Shown one piece after another: positions 58,674 through 64,000 of a DNA stretch of 64,000 nucleotides. How positions within the stretch are numbered: position 1 is the stretch's first letter; each line of letters starts with the position of its first letter. The position numbers and the translations under genes are program-made. Source of the DNA: Candidatus Mediterraneibacter avicola (GTDB lineage Bacteria > Bacillota > Clostridia > Lachnospirales > Lachnospiraceae); the NCBI GenBank assembly GCA_019115385.1, contig DXDR01000097.1, forward strand, positions 18,694 through 82,693. The letters run 5' to 3'. The notes beneath the pieces are model-generated. The model did not search any database, was not told the DNA's origin, and was given only the letters and a program-made list of their open reading frames with translations.

Positions 58674-58731
58674 GGTGAATATTCTGACATTTTTTCGGCA
58701 ATACTCCTGAAAAACGGAAAGAAGGGGTATT

Positions 58732-58926
58732 GTGGCAAAGAAGAAAGAGAAAAAGATCGACCTGAATAATCTGGAACCGTCTGAGATGGCAAAATATGAG
58801 ATCGCCGCGGAGCTTGGTCTGCTCGACAAGGTTCTTGAGTATGGATGGAAATCGCTTACTTCAAAGGAGACGGGCCGGATCGGAGGCATGGTGACGAAAA
58901 AGAAAAGGGAAAGAAAGGATGCCTGA
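58732..58926 (+). CDS. Alpha/beta-type small acid-soluble spore protein (SspF-like)
   Basis: KYEIAAELGL...GW..LTSKETGRIGG. Confidence 0.8.
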   Translation: MAKKKEKKIDLNNLEPSEMAKYEIAAELGLLDKVLEYGWKSLTSKETGRIGGMVTKKKRERKDA

Positions 58927-58995
58927 CCACATCTTTACAAAACCCGTTCTCTTTGGTACAATTGTACGGCCAGGGAAGATGATGGGTGATTTGTT

Positions 58996-59670
58996 ATGGA
59001 AGAAAAGATAAATATACTGGATCTGGAGCTGGACTGTATCACCGCGAAATCTGCTATGATACAGGCCATGCAGTTTTTTGACAGCGATTCTCTCGATACG
59101 ATAGAGATCATGTCTATGAGTGCTCTGATGGAGTGCCGGGATGATGAACGCTGGAAAGAAAAAGCGGGAGAGTCAGAGATGCTGATCCCGGGAGAATCCG
59201 AGATCCTAAGAGCAGCGGACGTCTCGGACAGGACAATTTTTAAAGAGACGGATGAGGGGACTTTTTTGAAGCTGTTTATCAAATATATTCAAAAAAATCA
59301 TAAGAAGATCTATGTGCTTGCTGAGACTGAGGAAGAGTTGGCTAAAACCGAGGATATACTTAGAAGAAGAAACCGCGGCATCAGATTTAGCGGACGATCT
59401 GTTCTGGATCCACAGGAAGCCAGAGAAGAAAATGTGATCAATGATATTAACGGTACAGAAACGGATTGTATTCTGTCTGTTCTCCACACGCCCTATCAGG
59501 AGGAGTTCATATCCAGAAACAAAGCGCTGCTTAATGCCAGAGTATGGCTGGGCTGCGGCACGGTCTTCCGGCAGCAGTACGACAGGCGGAGCCTGGGGGA
59601 CAGAGCGAAGCATTTTCTTCTGAAAAAAATGTTCTGGTACAGAGTAGAGCGGCAGAACAGGGATGAATGA
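58996..59670 (+). CDS. Divergent WecB/TagA/CpsF-family protein
   Basis: Overall TagA layout (INIL..ELD, KKIYVLAET, I..INGTETDCILSVL.TPYQEEFI), but canonical motifs are altered. Confidence 0.65.
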   Translation: MEEKINILDLELDCITAKSAMIQAMQFFDSDSLDTIEIMSMSALMECRDDERWKEKAGESEMLIPGESEILRAADVSDRTIFKETDEGTFLKLFIKYIQKNHKKIYVLAETEEELAKTEDILRRRNRGIRFSGRSVLDPQEAREENVINDINGTETDCILSVLHTPYQEEFISRNKALLNARVWLGCGTVFRQQYDRRSLGDRAKHFLLKKMFWYRVERQNRDE

Positions 59671-59895
59671 AGAAGATTGAGTGTCTGCAGCGCTTTGTGA
59701 ACAATGTATAAGATTAGATTTATGAATTTTTTGTAAAAGATTTGAGGAAATGCATAAAAAAAATGGATTTCCTCTTTCTTTTTTTGCTGTTTTGCATTAA
59801 TATAGTACATGAGTATGTGAACGGAAATGTTTTTACGGGTGAAAATTTGTGAAAAATGTACATGAGATAACTCGAAGGAGTGGAGGAGAAAAGGT

Positions 59896-60987
59896 ATGAT
59901 TTCAAATCAGATACTGCAGAATACCATAGAGGGATTGAAAGGAATCTCCAGGATCGATTTCTGTGTACTTGATACGGAGGGAAAGGAACTGGCCGCTACA
60001 TTTGACGCATCCAGCGATTATAGCGAGGCGGTGCTGTCATTTGTCGAGTCGCCGGCAGACAGCCAGGTGATCCAGGGCTGTCAGTTCTTTAAGATATTTG
60101 ACGAGCAGAGGCTGGAATATGTACTCCTTGCAGACGGTGAGAGCGAGGATGTATACATGCTGGGGAAAATTGCCGCTTTTCAGATACAGAGCCTTCTGGT
60201 GGCGTACAAGGAGCGGTTTGATAAAGATAATTTTATCAAAAATCTTCTTCTGGACAATCTCCTTCTGGTAGATATTTATAATCGTGCAAAAAAATTACAT
60301 ATTGACACAGAAGTAAAACGTGTTATCTTTATTATTGAGACATCGCACGAAAAAGACAATGCCGCTCTTGAGAATGTGAGAGGGCTTCTCGGAGGCAAAT
60401 CCAAGGATTTTATTACGGCCGTCGATGAGAAAAATATTATCGTTGTAAAAGAACTTACGGATAAGGATGGAAACAGAGAACTTGAGAAGATGGCGAAGGA
60501 CATGCTGGATACGCTCCACAGCGAGGTGGGGGAAGAGCAGATCCGGATTGCGTACGGCACGATCGTCAATGACATCAAAGAGGTTTCCAAATCCTACAAA
60601 GAGGCAAAACTTGCGCTTGATGTGGGCAAGATTTTCTTTGATGAAAAAGATATCGTAGCATTTACAACGCTCGGAATAGGACGGCTGATCTATCAGCTTC
60701 CCATTCCGCTGTGCAAGATGTTTATCAAAGAGATTTTTGAGGGGAAATCTCCGGATGACATTGACGAGGAGACATTGACGACTATTAACAAGTTTTTTGA
60801 GAACAGCCTCAATGTATCAGAGACATCCAGACAGCTTTATATTCACAGGAATACTCTTGTATACAGGCTGGACAAACTTCAGAAGAGTACAGGACTGGAT
60901 CTCCGTGTGTTTGAAGATGCAATCACATTCAAGATCGCTCTTATGGTGGTAAAATACATGAAGTATATGGAGTCAATGGAATATTGA
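59896..60987 (+). CDS. CdaR/PucR-family transcriptional regulator
   Basis: GGDEF-like middle region and C-terminal HTH LNVSETSRQLYIHRNTLVYRLDKL. Confidence 0.9.
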   Translation: MISNQILQNTIEGLKGISRIDFCVLDTEGKELAATFDASSDYSEAVLSFVESPADSQVIQGCQFFKIFDEQRLEYVLLADGESEDVYMLGKIAAFQIQSLLVAYKERFDKDNFIKNLLLDNLLLVDIYNRAKKLHIDTEVKRVIFIIETSHEKDNAALENVRGLLGGKSKDFITAVDEKNIIVVKELTDKDGNRELEKMAKDMLDTLHSEVGEEQIRIAYGTIVNDIKEVSKSYKEAKLALDVGKIFFDEKDIVAFTTLGIGRLIYQLPIPLCKMFIKEIFEGKSPDDIDEETLTTINKFFENSLNVSETSRQLYIHRNTLVYRLDKLQKSTGLDLRVFEDAITFKIALMVVKYMKYMESMEY

Positions 60988-61034
60988 ATTTCATGTGCGG
61001 GAAGAGCAGGAGTATGAGTAATTAGGAGGAACAT

Positions 61035-61721
61035 ATGATTGAATTAAGAAATGTGACGAAGGAATATTCCAAAGGGCATGCGGCCCTTAACGGAGTGTCC
61101 GTGAAGATTGAACGGGGAGAGTTCGTTTTCATCGTCGGGGACAGCGGCTCAGGTAAATCCACGCTGATCCGTCTGATCATGAAGGAACTGAACCCGACAG
61201 AGGGGACGATCATTGTAAACGGACAGAATCTGAATCGGATGAAACATCGGCATATTGCAAAGTACAGAAGAGGATTGGGGGTTGTCTTCCAGGACTTCAG
61301 ACTCCTGAAAGACAGAAATATCTATGAAAATATTGCCTTTGCACTCCGCGTGACGGAGACGCCGACCAGAGTTATTAAAAAGAAGGTGCCGGCGGCTCTT
61401 TCTCTGGTTGGGCTTGCCCAGAAATATAAATCATTCCCAAAGGAATTGTCAGGCGGCGAGCAGCAGCGGGTTGCGATTGCAAGGGCGATTGTAAATGAAC
61501 CTGCCATATTGCTGGCCGACGAGCCCACAGGAAACCTGGATCCTACAAACTCCTGGGAGATCATGAGCCTTCTGAAAGAGGCAAATGAAAGAGGAACAAC
61601 GGTTCTTGTTGTTACACACAACCAGGAGATCGTAAACGAGATGAACGAACGCGTTATTACGATGAAACAGGGCGTAATCGTTAGTGATGAACAAAAAGGT
61701 GGGTATATAGATGAGGATTAG
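61035..61721 (+). CDS. ftsE: Cell-division ATP-binding protein FtsE
   Basis: GDSGSGKST, GVVFQDFRLL, LSGGEQQRVAIARAIVNEP, ADEPTGNLDP. Confidence 0.95.
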   Translation: MIELRNVTKEYSKGHAALNGVSVKIERGEFVFIVGDSGSGKSTLIRLIMKELNPTEGTIIVNGQNLNRMKHRHIAKYRRGLGVVFQDFRLLKDRNIYENIAFALRVTETPTRVIKKKVPAALSLVGLAQKYKSFPKELSGGEQQRVAIARAIVNEPAILLADEPTGNLDPTNSWEIMSLLKEANERGTTVLVVTHNQEIVNEMNERVITMKQGVIVSDEQKGGYIDED

Positions 61722-62661
61722 TACATTAGGATACGTTGGAAAACAAGGTGTTAAAAATATCTGGAGGAACAAGATGTTTTCTCTCGCATCCATTGCGACG
61801 ATGTCAGCTTGTATCTTCCTGTTTGGATTATTTTTTGCGATTATCGTAAATTTTCAGTATATTATAAAAACAGCCGAGGAAGGCGTCGCCATAACTGTAT
61901 TCTTTGAGGAGGACGCCACAGAGGAGCAGAAAGAGGAAATTGGAAACGAACTGGAGAACCATGAGGGCGTAGCCAGAGTTAATTACGTGTCTGCAGAAGA
62001 GGCGTGGGAAGAATTCCAGAAGCAGTACTTTGGAGATAACCCGGAACTGGCGGAAGGATTTAAGGACGATAATCCTCTGGCAAGTTCAGATAACTATGAA
62101 GTCTACATGGAGACCTCTGAAGACAGCGAAAATCTGATCGCAAGGAGCCGTTCTCTTTCATCTACGCAGAAAGAGCTGGTCGAGTTTGCGCAGGGGTTGG
62201 ACGGCGTTCGTGAAGTTAATAAATCAGATGTAGTTGCAAACACTCTGTCCAGCGTGAATATGCTGGTAGCCTATGTTTCTATAGCAATTATTGTTATCCT
62301 GCTTGGCGTTTCAATCTTCCTGATCAGCAACACTGTAACAATGGGAATTACGGTGCGTAAAGAAGAAATCGCGATTATGAAGTATATTGGCGCAAAAGAT
62401 TTTGTCGTCCGTTCACCGTTTGTTTTAGAAGGACTTATCATCGGTATATTTGGAGCGGCTATTCCGCTCGTTCTGCTGTATTTCCTTTACGAGAAAGCAG
62501 TGGAATACGTTATGACCCGATTCAGTATCCTTCAGAATATTATAGATTTCCTTCCGGTAACGGCAGTATACAGATATCTTCTGCCAATCGGAATTATCAT
62601 GGGAATTGGTATTGGATTCCTTGGAAGCTTCTTCACGGTGCGCAAGCATCTTAAAGTATAG
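61711..62661 (+). CDS. ftsX: Cell-division permease FtsX
   Basis: RNKMFSLASI, extracellular loop, ISNTV...RKEEIAIMKYIGA...VRSPFVLEG. Confidence 0.95.
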   Translation: MRISTLGYVGKQGVKNIWRNKMFSLASIATMSACIFLFGLFFAIIVNFQYIIKTAEEGVAITVFFEEDATEEQKEEIGNELENHEGVARVNYVSAEEAWEEFQKQYFGDNPELAEGFKDDNPLASSDNYEVYMETSEDSENLIARSRSLSSTQKELVEFAQGLDGVREVNKSDVVANTLSSVNMLVAYVSIAIIVILLGVSIFLISNTVTMGITVRKEEIAIMKYIGAKDFVVRSPFVLEGLIIGIFGAAIPLVLLYFLYEKAVEYVMTRFSILQNIIDFLPVTAVYRYLLPIGIIMGIGIGFLGSFFTVRKHLKV

Positions 62662-62695
62662 CGAGTATAGGGAAGAGGAGGATAATAGAGATCCG

Positions 62696-63745
62696 GTGAA
62701 AAGGCGAATGAGAAAATTAGTGGGTGTGCTGCTTTCGTTTACTATGTGCGCAGGCGTTGCTTTCAGTGCAAATGCTGAAACTCTTGAGGAGGCCCAGCAG
62801 AGGCAGAAAGAACTTCAGGAGCAGAAAGAAGCGGCGGAGCAGGAACTTGACAGTATTGTCAGTGAAATCAATGAAATGCAGGAAAAACTGGAGACGAAGG
62901 AAGCAGAGATAGAAACTGCGGAAAATGATCTGATCCAGGCGAAAGCGGATGAAAGTGAACAGTATGAAAGCATGAAAATCCGCATAAAGTATATGTATGA
63001 AACTGGCGGAGTGCAGTTCTTTGAGGTTTTGGCACAGAGCAGCAGCATAGGCGATTTTCTGAATAACGCAGAATATGTGGCACAGCTTTCGGAATATGAC
63101 AGGGCAGAACTGATCAAATACCAGGAAACGGTACAGGAGATCGAGGACAAGGAAGCGGCCCTGGAGCTGGAATATGAAGAGCTGGATGCGCTGAGGAATG
63201 AATTGATCGACAAGCAGGCAGAGGTCGAGGCGGAACTTGCCGACAACGAGGAAGAACTGGCGGAAGTCCAGACGCTGATCGATGATGCGAAACGCCGTCA
63301 GGAAGAACAGCGTCAATCAGGCGGTAATTTTTCGGGAAGTTATACAGGAAACGTTGTAAGTGGAAACGGGTATTTTACTCATCCGTGTCCGGGTATGACA
63401 TATCAGTCAAGTTATTTTGGCGAAATTCGTTCTTTTAGTTCGCGTCCGCACACAGGCAATGACTATGCGGCGCCAACTGGAACTCCTACATATGCGGCGG
63501 CGTCGGGGACAGTAATTGCCGCCACATACAGTAATAGTGCGGGGAATTATGTTGCTATCAGCCACGGAAATGGCTTGGTGACAAAATATATGCACCATGT
63601 TTCAATCTGTGTCAGTGCTGGACAGCATGTTGAGAAGGGGCAGCAGATCGGCTGGGTTGGAAGTACCGGAAATTCTACCGGACCCCATCTGCATTTTCAG
63701 GTAGAGGAAAATGGAGTCCCAGTAAACCCTGATAAATATTTGTAA
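62696..63745 (+). CDS. Coiled-coil + M23 peptidase (EnvC/CwlO-type FtsEX partner)
   Basis: Signal peptide, QYESMKIRIKYMYE coiled coil, M23 motifs HTGND and GPHLHF, PVNP; start at 62696 (GTG) or 62708 (ATG). Confidence 0.9.
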   Translation: MKRRMRKLVGVLLSFTMCAGVAFSANAETLEEAQQRQKELQEQKEAAEQELDSIVSEINEMQEKLETKEAEIETAENDLIQAKADESEQYESMKIRIKYMYETGGVQFFEVLAQSSSIGDFLNNAEYVAQLSEYDRAELIKYQETVQEIEDKEAALELEYEELDALRNELIDKQAEVEAELADNEEELAEVQTLIDDAKRRQEEQRQSGGNFSGSYTGNVVSGNGYFTHPCPGMTYQSSYFGEIRSFSSRPHTGNDYAAPTGTPTYAAASGTVIAATYSNSAGNYVAISHGNGLVTKYMHHVSICVSAGQHVEKGQQIGWVGSTGNSTGPHLHFQVEENGVPVNPDKYL

Positions 63746-63842
63746 CCGGGTACAATAGATGATACAGACTAGAGGGAGGACAAAGTGGAATGAATGTTCT
63801 GCTTTGTCCTTTTCTGACGAAAAATGAAGGCGGAGGCAGAAC

Positions 63843-64000
63843 ATGGATTTTAAAGATAAAACAGACCGGGAAAACGAGAGGGCGGAAGGAAAAGCAAAAA
63901 CAAACAGAGATTTTGGGAAGGGCGTTGTGGCCGGGCTGGCGGCCGCCGCTCTCATCGCGGTGTGCATATGGGGCACACGCAGCATTTTGGGATCCTTTTC
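63843..64000 (+). CDS. 5' end of a membrane-anchored protein, possibly an S41 C-terminal protease (truncated by the window edge)
   Basis: GGAGG RBS, frame open to the end of the window, N-terminal TM FGKGVVAGLAAAALIAVCIW. The product is guessed only from the usual clostridial gene order ftsE-ftsX-M23-S41. Confidence 0.5.
   Translation, partial: MDFKDKTDRENERAEGKAKTNRDFGKGVVAGLAAAALIAVCIWGTRSILGSF

Overview
A gene-dense chromosomal segment of an anaerobic, spore-forming Bacillota, probably Lachnospiraceae-like. This is inferred from an alpha/beta-type SASP gene, AddAB, DapL, a type-2 PyrF and a QTGD sortase anchor. Left to right: (1) the C-terminal 1520 aa of a cell-wall-anchored multimodular GH31-type glycosidase; (2) an IclR + cytoplasmic BNR/Asp-box protein + HpcH aldolase + sugar ABC catabolic cluster, ending next to tRNA-Arg(ACG); (3) ALDH, Cof hydrolase, GntR(YtrA)-ABC, tex, HAD, metY-LysR and deoB; (4) a decayed zone with an AraC remnant and a truncated NlpC/P60 hydrolase; (5) a TetM/EF-G-like GTPase fused to a Rae1/YacP NYN RNase domain; (6) CD225/DUF2752 and a MarR-controlled heterodimeric ABC exporter; (7) pyrF-pyrK-pyrD, then a two-component + ABC cassette whose kinase has an in-frame TGA, then pyrE; (8) vanZ-like, M29 aminopeptidase, purE-M-N-D, a ~210-bp palindromic element, trxA, addB-addA, dapL, SASP, TagA-like and CdaR-like genes, ftsE-ftsX-M23, and the start of one more gene. 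No CRISPR array, integrase, transposase or phage genes were seen. The best leads are the GTPase-NYN fusion, the BNR/aldolase catabolic cluster, a four-copy intergenic palindrome family (CAAAAGGGGTCwGACCCCTTTTG) and the long purD/trxA hairpin element. All calls come from motif reading by eye; no database searches or GC calculations were run.
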